Source of the DNA: Chlamydiales bacterium
GTDB taxonomy: Bacteria > Chlamydiota > Chlamydiia > Chlamydiales > JAAZZY01
Assembly (NCBI GenBank): GCA_965206695.1
Contig: CBDBKM010000011.1
Span: 256,001-320,000, forward strand
Reading direction: 5' to 3'
DNA: 64,000 nt
The notes beneath the pieces are model-generated. The model searched no databases. It saw only the letters and a list, made by a program, of their open reading frames with translations, and was not told the origin of the DNA. A program made the position numbers and the translations under genes. Positions 31,671-43,500 of the stretch are shown piece after piece (position 1 is the stretch's first letter; every line of letters starts with the position of its first letter).

Positions 31671-33041
31671 CTAGGGCAAGATAGTTGATTCTTTAGTTAA
31701 CAATTCAGATGAGATTTTATCAATATAATTCTCAGGAAGGCACTTTCTGGTTTTTAAGCCTAATCCTTTCAAATTCTCAGCCTTTTTCATTAAATTACCT
31801 CGACCTGTTGCAAGCTTATTAAAAGCTGATTGATAGGCTTGTTCAGCTAAATTTAAATTTTTTCCGATTTTTTCCATATCTTGGACAAAATCAACAAATT
31901 TATCGTATAAAGCACCACCCTCACGTGCAATTTTATCAGCATTTAAATTCCTTTTTTCCATCCGCCACAATGAATCGATTGTCTTTAACATAGCATAGAC
32001 ATTTCCGGGACTCACTAAGATTACCGACTTACTCCAAGCAAAGTGAAATAACTCTTCATCTAGTTGCACAGCTGTTGCAAATAGCGCCTCCATGGGTAGA
32101 AACATTAAAACAATTTCCGGAGCATTTAACTTCGAATTATTGTGATAGTGCTTTGCACTTAAAGACTTGATGTGTGAATAAATAGACCCTAAAAACTCTT
32201 TACCTATAAGCTTTTTTTCGTCCTTATCGTCTTCTTTCACATATCTCTCATAATGGATGAATGATACCTTCGAATCGATAATGATATGCTTGTTTTCGGG
32301 TAATTTAATCGTTACATCAGGCAGCTGCCTCTTTCCTTCAGCATCTACTAAGTCTAATCCTTTACCTTGAAGGATAAATTCTGTTCCTTCTCTAAGACCT
32401 GATGATTCCAATATTCGCTGTAACACCATCTCACCCCAATTCCCTTGGCATTTAACCTCGCCTTTAAAAGCTTTAGTCAAATTGCAAGCCTGATCACTAA
32501 TAAGCTGAATTTCCTTTTGCAGAGCAAAACGTTCTCTCGATTCTTGATTATAAGCCTCACTGACTTGTTTTTTGAAGACTTCCAAATCTTTTTTAAAAGG
32601 ATTAAGAATCGTTTCAATGTTCTTCTTTGAGTCCTCAACAAAACGCTTGGATCGATCTTCAAAGATCTTATGTGATAAATTATGAAATTCATCAGTAAGG
32701 CTTTTTTTTACTTTGTCTAAGTGCTCTTGTTGCTCTTTGATCTTCCCTTCTATCGACTCCTTTTCAGAGATTAAGGTCGCATTGGATTTTTCAAGCTGAG
32801 TATTTTCATTGATTAGAGTAGATATACGGTCTTCTAATTCAGGAATCCGTTGCACTTGAGCCTCATAAGAACTACAGGCATTACTGGCTTTAAGATAGTT
32901 TTTTTGCAGCTCCTCTTTAAGTTTTAATAGCTGAGTCTTCTCATTGTCCAATAAAATTTGTTTCTTTCTAAGAAATAGAAGATAGAAGCCAAATACGACA
33001 ATAATACCTAATCCCAAGAGCAAAAACGTCCGGTAATTCAT
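31671..33041 (-). CDS. rmuC: DNA recombination protein RmuC
   Basis: N-terminal TM helix, coiled coil, QGNWGEMVL, LPD..IIIDSKVS and LYDKF motifs. Confidence 0.93.
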   Translation of the reverse strand: MNYRTFLLLGLGIIVVFGFYLLFLRKKQILLDNEKTQLLKLKEELQKNYLKASNACSSYEAQVQRIPELEDRISTLINENTQLEKSNATLISEKESIEGKIKEQQEHLDKVKKSLTDEFHNLSHKIFEDRSKRFVEDSKKNIETILNPFKKDLEVFKKQVSEAYNQESRERFALQKEIQLISDQACNLTKAFKGEVKCQGNWGEMVLQRILESSGLREGTEFILQGKGLDLVDAEGKRQLPDVTIKLPENKHIIIDSKVSFIHYERYVKEDDKDEKKLIGKEFLGSIYSHIKSLSAKHYHNNSKLNAPEIVLMFLPMEALFATAVQLDEELFHFAWSKSVILVSPGNVYAMLKTIDSLWRMEKRNLNADKIAREGGALYDKFVDFVQDMEKIGKNLNLAEQAYQSAFNKLATGRGNLMKKAENLKGLGLKTRKCLPENYIDKISSELLTKESTILP

Positions 33042-33234
33042 AATATCTCCCTCCTTGATAATAAAAACGAAATCCTAACAAAATTTATCGAAAAATGAAA
33101 CATTCGAATCGACAGAACCAATCAATTGAATCAATAGTAAAGATCGTTTTATATCGACAATTAATAAGTTTGTCGCTAAATGGGATTTTAATTTATTATG
33201 ATATCGACAATAAACAAAGTATTTAATTTTTTAT

Positions 33235-33263
33235 TTGACAAAAATTAAAAAATTTGTTATAAT
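33235..33263 (+). promoter_or_regulatory. Consensus sigma66/70 promoter for the orphan gene array
   Basis: TTGACA, 17 nt, TATAAT: exact consensus. Confidence 0.8.
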
Positions 33264-33428
33264 AGCGAACGCAAACAAAATAGAAAGTTGCAAAAATACA
33301 ACTACCGAAACGAATACCTTTCAAAAATTGACATCTTCCTAAAAAGGGAAAAGCTTGTTAAAAATATTTGATAAATATTCCGATTAATTAAAATTAAATT
33401 ATCTTATAACAAAGAGGTTAGATCTAAC

Positions 33429-33953
33429 ATGAGTATTCAAACATTAAATACCTCTCGAATAATTAAAGCTATTGATAATTGTGATAATACTTTAAACGGC
33501 ACACAAAAATCTGAGACGGATGGCACCATAATAGCTCTTATCACGGGTTATGGAGATTTAGAACAACAGATCAATACAGAATTAAAAATGCTTAAATTAC
33601 TCTTAAGCCAAGGAGCCAACTTTAAAAATTCGGGAGACTGGGAAACAGGACAAGGATACCAATTGCTTTCGCAAATTAAAGAAGTATTCAGCACTCTTAG
33701 TAAAAAACTTAATGAATTGATCCATTCAAGCGATCCAAATGATCAAAAGGCTGCAAAAAGCCCTGAATTCGTAGTATTATATGCAGCTTTCACTTCTCCT
33801 CTCGGCGGAGGATCATACCCGTCTCTCTTTGATGCAGCGAATGAAAACAGCGATGATGATTTAGCAAATGATCTTGCTTCTTTAAATAGTGGCGATAATC
33901 CTGAAGTGAACAAGTTATTTAGTTGGATACAAGATTATATCAATAAATATTAA
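33429..33953 (+). CDS. Hypothetical helical protein, paralogue 1
   Basis: 174 aa with a GAGG RBS. Shares GYQLL, DQK and SLF motifs with its neighbours. Confidence 0.8.
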   Translation: MSIQTLNTSRIIKAIDNCDNTLNGTQKSETDGTIIALITGYGDLEQQINTELKMLKLLLSQGANFKNSGDWETGQGYQLLSQIKEVFSTLSKKLNELIHSSDPNDQKAAKSPEFVVLYAAFTSPLGGGSYPSLFDAANENSDDDLANDLASLNSGDNPEVNKLFSWIQDYINKY

Positions 33954-33971
33954 ATTAAATAAAAAAATTAA

Positions 33972-34442
33972 ATGAACTTAATCTCATTACATAATGACAT
34001 AATAAATATGGCCATATTAACAGAAGTATACATGTTTACAAACGACAACACTCCAAATATTGATCAATTAAATACGGATTTAGAAGCATTAATTAAACTC
34101 CTTAATGACCTCATAAATGACACCGACTCTGATGATTTAAACAATAACCACTCTCTTGAACTCAGCATGATTAAAACTCTCATTAAGGACGTCAATAGTG
34201 ACTTTGAAAAGATTAAAAATTCAAGTAATCCCCAAGATCAAAAATTGGCTCATTCAGAAATTTTTGATCAATTAGAAAGGGCTTTTAATACAAAATCAGA
34301 TAGTTTACCTTCATTGATTCAAGCTGCTGCAGAACCGACCGATAGTGAATTAGCTACCGTATTAGCACATATGAATTTAACTCATTCAACATCTGATTTG
34401 ATTGAAAAAATCGATACTTTTATCTATCCGGATATGAATTAA
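33972..34442 (+). CDS. Hypothetical helical protein, paralogue 2 (start may be 34032)
   Basis: SSNPQDQKLA..F..L..AF...SL..AA matches paralogue 1. Confidence 0.75.
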   Translation: MNLISLHNDIINMAILTEVYMFTNDNTPNIDQLNTDLEALIKLLNDLINDTDSDDLNNNHSLELSMIKTLIKDVNSDFEKIKNSSNPQDQKLAHSEIFDQLERAFNTKSDSLPSLIQAAAEPTDSELATVLAHMNLTHSTSDLIEKIDTFIYPDMN

Positions 34443-34547
34443 TATTTCCGGGATGCATTTAAATAAGTGCATTTCGTAATAATAAAAAAGCGCTCTAAAT
34501 GAGCTCTTTAATTAATAAACATAAATAATTATTGAGGTTATATAATT

Positions 34548-35105
34548 ATGAACTTACCTGCAACAAGTAATACGGCACAACATCAAATTAGCGCATCTCT
34601 TCAACTGTTAGAAACCGGAAGAAGCGAAAGAGCAGATAAAGCCAGAAACATTAATAATAATGAAGACGGTGTTTCTAAAGAAGACCCTGCATTTGATCTT
34701 CAAGAAGCTCTTAGAGAATTAAATACTCTTTTAGCTCAAATGGCTGATCATGATCCGGAATGGTTAAAGACTGCTGCCGGGTACCAACTTTTAGGTGAAT
34801 TAGCTCTTGTTTTAGAAAGAGTTGAAAAAGATGTTCAAGGTGTTGCAAATGGAAACACACAAGCTGATAAGCTAATTAAAAACAATATGTCTTTTCAAAT
34901 GCTTCAAACACTTTACACATCTAAGCCCGGTTCTGATCACAGTATCTTCGATTGTGTCGACGAGTACCTAGATAACCCAAAGAAAGGAATTAACGAATTA
35001 GCTACTACTTTTGGTGATTTACTCGGTTCCGGCGCTATCAAGTTTCTTATGCAAGATAATACAAACTACATCAACAATCCATACCAGATAAGGAATAATT
35101 CGTAG
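34548..35105 (+). CDS. Hypothetical helical protein, paralogue 3
   Basis: W..T..GYQLL..L..V, SIFD and ELA motifs; GAGG RBS. Confidence 0.8.
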   Translation: MNLPATSNTAQHQISASLQLLETGRSERADKARNINNNEDGVSKEDPAFDLQEALRELNTLLAQMADHDPEWLKTAAGYQLLGELALVLERVEKDVQGVANGNTQADKLIKNNMSFQMLQTLYTSKPGSDHSIFDCVDEYLDNPKKGINELATTFGDLLGSGAIKFLMQDNTNYINNPYQIRNNS

Positions 35106-35137
35106 TATAGAATTGTAGTGTATGAATTCAAATAGTA

Positions 35138-35163
35138 GGGCAAAAAATCTAATTTTTTGCCCC
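35138..35163 (+). terminator. Hairpin between the third and fourth orphan genes
   Basis: GGGCAAAAAA-TCTAAT-TTTTTGCCC. Confidence 0.55.
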
Positions 35164-35197
35164 GCTATTAATCATTTAAAATTTAAGGTAAACCAAA

Positions 35198-35845
35198 ATG
35201 CTTCATTCAATTAATAATCAATCTAATATAAATCAAATAGAATACACTCAAGGAACAACTTTATCGAATGCGTCATCATCCGACACAACAAACCCTTGGG
35301 AACAAGCTCTTGAAGAGTTATTCAAGGAAATGGGAGATCTTACAGATCCAAAAGCCAGAGATGCGATCATGAAAGAAATACAATCTTTGAAACAGTTAGT
35401 TGATGGTCCGGGATCAAGCAGCCCATTTTCAGGTCATTTTGACACACTTTATTCCGATTATGTCAAATTTTACAATGATCCAACTAATCCTGATTTAAAA
35501 AAAACAGTGCAAAAAGACTTACATGCTATCCAAGCGGATACTCCACCTGCTGCTCCTTCTACCCCCTTATCAAGGGAGTTCAAAAAAGAATTAAGCAAGA
35601 TCATACAAGACGTTCTATTACCTTTACTTGGACAGGATTCAAAAGATTTTAATAAATTTCAGGCAGCTTTGAGAATTTTCAAAGATTTTGGAGCATTAAT
35701 GACTCCTGCATTACAGCAAGATTTGACCCAAATTGAACAAGATTATAACACCTACATGCAAGATCCGACTAATAATTGGCAATATCGTGAAATGACAGAA
35801 ATTGCTTTAGCTCAACTCTCTATAGCTCTTGAATCTCCATATTGA
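35198..35845 (+). CDS. Hypothetical helical protein with S/T/N-rich N-terminus
   Basis: 215-aa ORF with an internal duplicated DY..(F/Y)..DPTN motif. Confidence 0.75.
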   Translation: MLHSINNQSNINQIEYTQGTTLSNASSSDTTNPWEQALEELFKEMGDLTDPKARDAIMKEIQSLKQLVDGPGSSSPFSGHFDTLYSDYVKFYNDPTNPDLKKTVQKDLHAIQADTPPAAPSTPLSREFKKELSKIIQDVLLPLLGQDSKDFNKFQAALRIFKDFGALMTPALQQDLTQIEQDYNTYMQDPTNNWQYREMTEIALAQLSIALESPY

Positions 35846-35871
35846 TAATAGTAAAAACTTAAATAAGACTT

Positions 35872-37572
35872 TTAGTAAGTTAATAAAATACCGAAGTTAA
35901 CATTTTTGCCCGCTATACTGTTGCCTAACCATGTTTTATGGAGTCTTAGACCCCAATCAAAACGAAGAGATAGATAAGGCTTATAAATATAGCGAAGAGC
36001 AGGCCCTACACTGATCAAATACTCAATGTTAGGCTCACTCGTACTTAAATCCGTATTGTCAGTAACGGTATGAACATTACCTCCCACTGCTATATCAAAA
36101 AAAGCAAGCACACGTAGTTCATCATCAACACGACCGGGATTAAAAAATTTCAAGATCCCAAAGGGAGGAGATCTTAATTCTAAGTTTGCGATAAAGACAT
36201 CATCAACACTTATTTCACGCTCTTCATACCCTCTAACGGTATCATATCCTCCTAACCCATATTGTTCACCGGGAAGTAAATCTTCTGTAGCTAACTGTCC
36301 TCTTAACTGGATCCATCCTAGGATATTTTCCGGAAAACGATATAAATCTGAAAAAGTCATCCGTGTGTAGAAATACTTCGGTTGAGCATGTGGAGTTAAC
36401 ATGCGATAATCATCTACTGACATATGAGGATACATCTGACCGGGAGACCAGTAGCCTAACAGATTAAATGATATCTTATTATTAGGGTGTTCGACACCGA
36501 CACTTAGTCCTACCATAAATTGTGAAATATTAACTCTGTGAGCTATGCGCAGTTGATTTTCAGCAGCGGCAAATTCTATGTTATTATTGGTAGTCTTAAA
36601 GTCATAGCCAATACTAACTTCCAGAATATGTTTTTTATACAAGGGAGGTATGGGTATTTGATATCTAACACTCGCCTGACCACTATAGCCTTCGACATGC
36701 ATAAAAGTAATATTAGGACTCATCCTAGCCCAACCGCCAAAGAAAACAAGAAAATTTCTCCATGGCAAGGGTATCGTCCAATGACCGGTATACGCTTGAA
36801 ATCCGGAAAAATCCGATGAATAAGAGGAACTAAATGAAAACCACTGGTCTGCAAAAAAAGCATTTCCCCATTCAAAACCGGCGAATAGCCTTTCCTTGCC
36901 GGTAGAGTTATTACCCGTATTATCAAAGCCAATAAAAGGTCTTACAGGAAACCTATCCGGTGTTATGAATTCAATATCGGTCGTATTACCTTTATCTCCC
37001 GGAGTGAAAACAACATCTGTAACACGATAAGGATTTTGATTGAGCCATGCAACATCATTTAACAGCATATCCATATTAATGGTTTCATTGGGTCTCATTC
37101 TAATATAGCTTTCAAGTAAATCATCAGTAAACCATTGATTTTTTTTATACCGTATAGCTCCTACTTTCCCTTCTGTTACAATAACTTTTAAAACACCATC
37201 TGTTACATCTTGTCCCGGAATTTTAACGAGAATAAAAGGATGGGCATACTTAGCGAAATAATTTAAGATAATATCATGAATATCTTCTGTCAGTCCGGTG
37301 GTAATAGCTCTACCAAACTCGTCTTTTAGTTCTTGTTTCAGTTTCTCAGACGGTCCCGGAATATCAAGGTGATAAATCTTTAACCCATCGACCCCTTCAG
37401 AATCAATTTTATGAAAATCTTTTTCATCTCCTATAAGAACAAGCCCTGTTAAATCAGACTGAGCCAAACTATTAAAAGGGGTTGTTAGTGAAAGTTCGGA
37501 AAAGGCAAAGGATAGGGGTAGTATTGTCAATAAGAGAAAAATACCATGAATAATTTGTTTTTTTAATGTCAT
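35872..37572 (-). CDS. Two-partner secretion outer-membrane transporter (ShlB/FhaC/HecB family, TpsB)
   Basis: Signal peptide, POTRA region, DNTGN motif, and GGYDTVRGYEE loop-6 motif. Confidence 0.9.
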   Translation of the reverse strand: MTLKKQIIHGIFLLLTILPLSFAFSELSLTTPFNSLAQSDLTGLVLIGDEKDFHKIDSEGVDGLKIYHLDIPGPSEKLKQELKDEFGRAITTGLTEDIHDIILNYFAKYAHPFILVKIPGQDVTDGVLKVIVTEGKVGAIRYKKNQWFTDDLLESYIRMRPNETINMDMLLNDVAWLNQNPYRVTDVVFTPGDKGNTTDIEFITPDRFPVRPFIGFDNTGNNSTGKERLFAGFEWGNAFFADQWFSFSSSYSSDFSGFQAYTGHWTIPLPWRNFLVFFGGWARMSPNITFMHVEGYSGQASVRYQIPIPPLYKKHILEVSIGYDFKTTNNNIEFAAAENQLRIAHRVNISQFMVGLSVGVEHPNNKISFNLLGYWSPGQMYPHMSVDDYRMLTPHAQPKYFYTRMTFSDLYRFPENILGWIQLRGQLATEDLLPGEQYGLGGYDTVRGYEEREISVDDVFIANLELRSPPFGILKFFNPGRVDDELRVLAFFDIAVGGNVHTVTDNTDLSTSEPNIEYLISVGPALRYIYKPYLSLRFDWGLRLHKTWLGNSIAGKNVNFGILLTY

Positions 37573-37583
37573 ATTTCCTTTCT

Positions 37584-40500
37584 CTATGGAGTAGGCCTTT
37601 CAGCCGGGTCGATCTTGATAGGTTTTAATGTCTTTTTAGTATGATAGTTTCTAACAATTCTTCTCAACATATTCAAGTTGCTTTTAGAAAGAATATTACC
37701 CTCACCTGCGGCAGTTAAACTTGTTGCAAATTCAACGAAATCGGCATCTTGAGCAAATAAGAAGTCATCAAATGTCTGCATATTTTGAAATTCTGATGCT
37801 AACACCTGCTCTGTAGTTACAATGACAATAACCGGTATTGAACCGGGATTTTTATAGAAAAAAGTAAAAGGGCTTCCTCCATAATCACCGGGATAATAGG
37901 TAAACCATTTTTCAGTGGCCGAATCGATTTCAAAAGGACCCTCTACATAAGTGGTGCCATTAATCGCCCCTATCACTGAATTTAACTCTCTCATGGCCGT
38001 AAAGATACGGACCTTGCCACCTGCTGTGGACTTAATAACGACTCCGGCAGCTTTGGCAAAGCTTCCTTTCCCTATAAAAGGAAAGACCGGGTATTTATTA
38101 TCGACAACCACTGTTATCGCGCCTGATGTGGTTTCCAATTTACTTGTACTATTCATGCTCATATTAACATCGGAAAATATTTCCATTTCCCCTGTTCCTA
38201 AATTTTGAATACGTGAAGAACCATTTAAAACGATATTATTTCCGGCATCGGCATAATAAGTTCCATTCAACATGTTTTCTACAAACGAGACATCATTCAA
38301 AGTCAAATTACGACCCATATTCATAAACAATCCTGAGCCTTGATTTAGAATAAAGGCATTACTATTTAAAACCATATTTGTACCGGCATCTGCAATCATA
38401 ATCGAATCGCCATCATGCCGGAAAAATGAATTTTGATTTAATGTCATATTATTACCGGCATTGATTAAAGTAACGCGCTGCATTGTTCCTGCGCCTAAAT
38501 TGCGAATAAAGGCTAAGCTTATAGCTCCACCATCCAGGACCATATCCACTGCACAATTAACTAAAAGAGTGCTTTCAGATCCAAGTATTCTAGCCTCAGC
38601 GCCTGCGGCAGTTCCTGCTGTCATGGTAACAGAACCTTGTGGGTTACCTCGAGTACTCATGCCTCGCATATTAACAATATGTTTTTTTAAAGCATATAAC
38701 TCCGCATAAGCCACAGTATCAGCTCCTCCTTGCATAATGAGATCTTTACCGGCATATATTTCCATATTTTTTGCTAAAGATTTAATTCCGGTATAGCCAT
38801 GCATATCTCCTCTACCAAGTGTTATATTTTGAGCCCCACGAGTTATAGTGCCATCTGAAGAGCTACCTATCTCAATATTACCGGTTAGAGTGACTATTTC
38901 TGTTTCTACAGGAGAAGTTGCCCCTCCAAGTAAAGTGATATCAACTGCTGAAGTTTGATTTTTGGTTAATCAAAATATCGGTGTTAGCCGTAACAGTAGC
39001 ATTTTCCGGTTTGCAATGCTGAGGGAGGCGTTCTGATATCATTATTAATATCGAAATTATCAGAAGCGGTAAGCGTTAATGTTAGACCTGAATAAATATC
39101 TGAAAAGCCGGTAGGAGCAGCTGTACTTGTGCCTCCAAGAACATTAATTCCTTTGGCATTTATAGTAATACCACCGGTTGTCACTTGTTGTGGTCTTACA
39201 TTGATCACTCTAGCTAATCCATTATCTGTTCCGGTCGGGCCATAAAGATTCAAAGTACCCGTGGAAATATTAATGGTGCTTGTTGCTGTTGAAGGCGCCG
39301 GAGCCAAAGTACCTATTGAAGCTACTCCTGCCAGGCTTCCGTTATCATTACCGGCATCTAAAGTAACGGCACCTGTTAAAGAGGTTGTTACCATTATGGA
39401 TCCTATAGATAAATTAACAGGTTGATTGGTACCGGCATTGTAATACCCTATAATCGAATTATTTTGATTGCCTTTCATCAGTTCTATCGTTCCACTACCG
39501 GCGACGACTTGTACTTGATTAGATACACCCGTTAAATTTCCCGTAGGATTGACTCTCGGATTATGATAGCCGATAATCGCATGAGTCAGTGTCCCTGTTC
39601 CCGGAGTTAGGGTCGTATTACCTGCCCCTACTACATTCACCGAGAAATCACCGCTTGTATTATTCACAAGATTTGTTAGTTCATTCCCATGACCAATAAT
39701 AGCTGTCGTATTATTATTCGTACCTCCATTTAAATTAACCGAACCCGTTATGCCGTTAAAAGTTATGTTACCTGCAGCACTTATATTACTAGTGCCGTTA
39801 AAAGGGGACTGCCCAATTTGAACATAAGATGAGTCGCCGGTACCTGCATTTAGCGTAACATTCCGGGTCACATTAGAAAACGTGATATTACTTTGTACCA
39901 CCGTCTCTGTACTATATTCACCTCTCCCTATCTGAGCATACGCATTTGCTGTTGGCCCCCCATTTAAAATGATATCCCTTTCAACACGAGAATCGGTAAT
40001 ATTTCCGATTCCAGAAGATATTTCGACATAGCAAAACGTATCGGCTCCTCCGGTGGCAACCCCGTTACCATTCAACATAAGATCTCTATTAATGGTGAGG
40101 GTGATATCTCCGGAATCATTTCTAATTAATGCATTCGGACGGTTAATAGCCTTAGTCATATTACTTCCTGCAGTCCAAAGTTAGATCCCGTCCTGTAATG
40201 ATAGAGATATTTCCTGAAGTATTTTGAACCAAAGCTAATACATTGTCTTCATCACCTGCTTGCATATTCATATCATTAGAAGTATTGATGGTTATGTCAT
40301 CGGTAACGGCAATAATGCTCGAACTCGCCTTACTCATAGTATTTCCTACTAAAATATCTGTAGCACCCGCACTAATATTACCTACTTGAATCGTACCGTC
40401 TAAAGAATTGATTAAAGCAATAGCCGTAAAATTAACCCCACCTTTCATGGTGACAGTACTTGCTGATTGTGACACATTCATTGCAATATTTTTATCGGCT

Positions 40501-43500
40501 ACAATTTGAGCAAAGCCATTTTGAAAAGTAGTCGGACTTAAAAGGGGTCATTATTTACATCTAAGTTTGTAGTAAAATCTAGAGTTAAATTTCGACAGGA
40601 ATATATATCTGAAAAACCTGTTACTGCTCCTGTACCTCCTGTTAATGTAGTATCGATCGTATCAATACTGATGTCATATGCATCAACAACATTAGGTCTA
40701 TTATTTACAACACGAGCGGCCCCGTCTTCAACCATACCCATAGTAACAGGCCCTCTAAAGCTCTAGCTTCCCGGTTGTAATATTGATATTACTTCTTGCC
40801 GTACTATCATTCGTAAACGTTCCAATAGCTGCAATACCCGCTTGAGTACCATTTTTAAACCCTGCTTGTAAAATAGTCGTATTAGGAGCAGATTTTGGCG
40901 TTTGAATCATTATATCGTTAACGGTTAAATTTAAACCGGAAGCCACACCATTTGAACCATTATAATAGCCAATGTTAGCATTTGTAGAGTCTCCGGCAAG
41001 TAAAATTGATATCGCCGGACTGAGAAATCACAGTAAATCCTGTTGAACTCATAGCTGTTAACAACACCGGTAGAACCACCGGTTGGATTATGAAATCCTA
41101 TGATCGCATGGGTTTTAGGGGCAGTGCCTGCTGTTAAATCAATATCGCCTGTCGCTTTAACTGAAATATTTCCTGAAATAGTTCCTATATCCGGAGATAA
41201 CTCATTACCATGACCAATAATGGCTGTGGCATTCATTGCTGAACCACCATTTATTACAACATCTCCGTTAGAAAAATTTACCGGAAAAGTCACATCGCCT
41301 GTAACAGAATAATTATTGGCCGCTCCAAAAGGAGAATGACCTATTTGAACATAAGCACCTGTTCCAAGGCCTGTTGCTGTTGCATTTAAACGTAACATTA
41401 CCTTGCAAAGTGTCAAAAGTGATCGTGCTACTCAAAGTAGTACCCAAGAAAGAACCTATGCCAATCTGAAGCATATGCCATTAGTTCCTGCACCACCCTG
41501 CAGTTCTAAATTACCATTCGTCAGGCCGAAAGTCATAGGAGCATTTGTACCTCCGATTTGAGCAAAAGCTAATGTCCCTGTTCCTCCGGTAAGGGTAAAT
41601 ATTCTGTCCACTGCGTATAGTCATCGTTCCATTAACACCTCCAATTTCTGCACCGGCAGAAAGGGGTTCCGGTCCCGGCTCCACCTTGAAGGAAAATGGA
41701 ATTCATGACATTTATCACACTATCACCTGAATTAGCCAAAATCTGTGATGGACCTTGTCCTAAAGCATCGCCGATTGTTAACTGATTGGTCCCGGAACCG
41801 AGTAAATATCCAAATAAAAACGGTCCCTCCCTGAGATCGTATAACAGCTTGAGAGGTAGGATTGGTACCTCCAATAACTTGAGTATTAACCGATGTATTG
41901 ACAAGAATACTATTAAACCCATTTTATTTCTGCATAACTATTTTGTAAAACCCCTGCCCCGGCCTATTGACTTCAAGATCACCTGTTAAATTGATTGTTA
42001 TATCTCTAGCGGAATAAATATCGGCAAAACCGGAAGTACTGATTCCTCCTAATAATGTTAGGGACACTCCCGTTAAACTAATATTCCTTGTACTACTTGC
42101 CGGAGTTGAAACACCCGGACGATTATTGACTATTCTTGCAGCACCATTATCTGTACCTACAGGGCCTGTTAGAGTTATTGCTCCGGCATTAATAGTGATA
42201 TTACTTTCTGCCGCTCCATTATTAACCATTGTTCCAATTACAGCACCTCCTGCAATATTTGATCCTTGAGCTCCTCCTTGTAAGGTCAAATTACCGGGGT
42301 AATTCCTATGTTGATCTGATTAATAATCACGTTATTGTCATTCGTCGGCATAGTAGAGTTATTATAATAGCCGACTGTAGCATTACTACCCGTCGTTGCG
42401 GTTAAGGTTAAGGCAGCAGCTGAATTATTTAGAATATCTATTTTATTAGAAGTGCATAAAAAATCGACTCCTGATCCATTAGCCGGATTCTGAAATCCAA
42501 TAATAGCATGACATTTGTCGGCAGATCCTCCTAAAGGGTAATACCATTTGCTACTCTTATTGTTATATCTCCTGAACATGACCCAATCAAAGCTGAGCTT
42601 TCATTGCCATGACCCAAAATAGCAGAAGCACTATCCGCTCCCCCACCGGTTAAGTTCAATATACGAGCGAAAAACATAGGAAATGTAATATCTCCTTGAA
42701 CAGTGATAGCATTTGCAGTAGCTCCATTTAAAAGGGCTATGCCCTAATTGAGCATAAAGCATTCATTCCATTCCCACCGGTTATATTTACATCATTAGAT
42801 AAGGTAGTAAATATAATATCACTTGTAATTTGAGTAATATTAGCTAACTGCAAATTACCTCTGCCTATTTGAGCAAATGCACCGGAACCGACTCCTCCTA
42901 AATAAAGTTAAATTATTTAGAAGATCGATAGTTATATTTCCCGTATTAGATGCCAGCTGAGCATAAGCTGCTGTTCCTGTGCCTCCGTTTAAAACAAGAT
43001 CATTACCAACCTTTAAAATCATTGAACCCGAATGAGAAAGAATTTCCGCTTGTGTAGCCGTACCAACATTGCCACCGCCTTGCATTGTCAAGTCACTCGG
43101 AATAAAACCATGTTGAAGAGCCGGAATTCATTAAAAATTTGAGAAGCAGCTTCACTCGCTGTTGATCCAACAGTAACATTTAGAATTTGCGTACCCCCAC
43201 CGAATGCCCCTATATTAATAAATCCATTATTTGCTTGTAATAATGCAGATGCGGTAGCAACATCTCCGGCAATGACATCCAGTCTATTACCCGGAAAGTC
43301 TTGATTTAAAATAATATTACGATCGGCTACCACTTGTGCAGGTGCTCTCTGAGGAGGCGTACTCGAATTAACAGTAAAATTATTTACTCTAATAATGAGA
43401 TCTCTATTTGAATATATTTCAGCTATAGCTCCTGTGGTTATACTGGCTCCGCCCAACACTGAAATATCGGTACTATCAAGCGTTCCTAAAGTAATATCGG

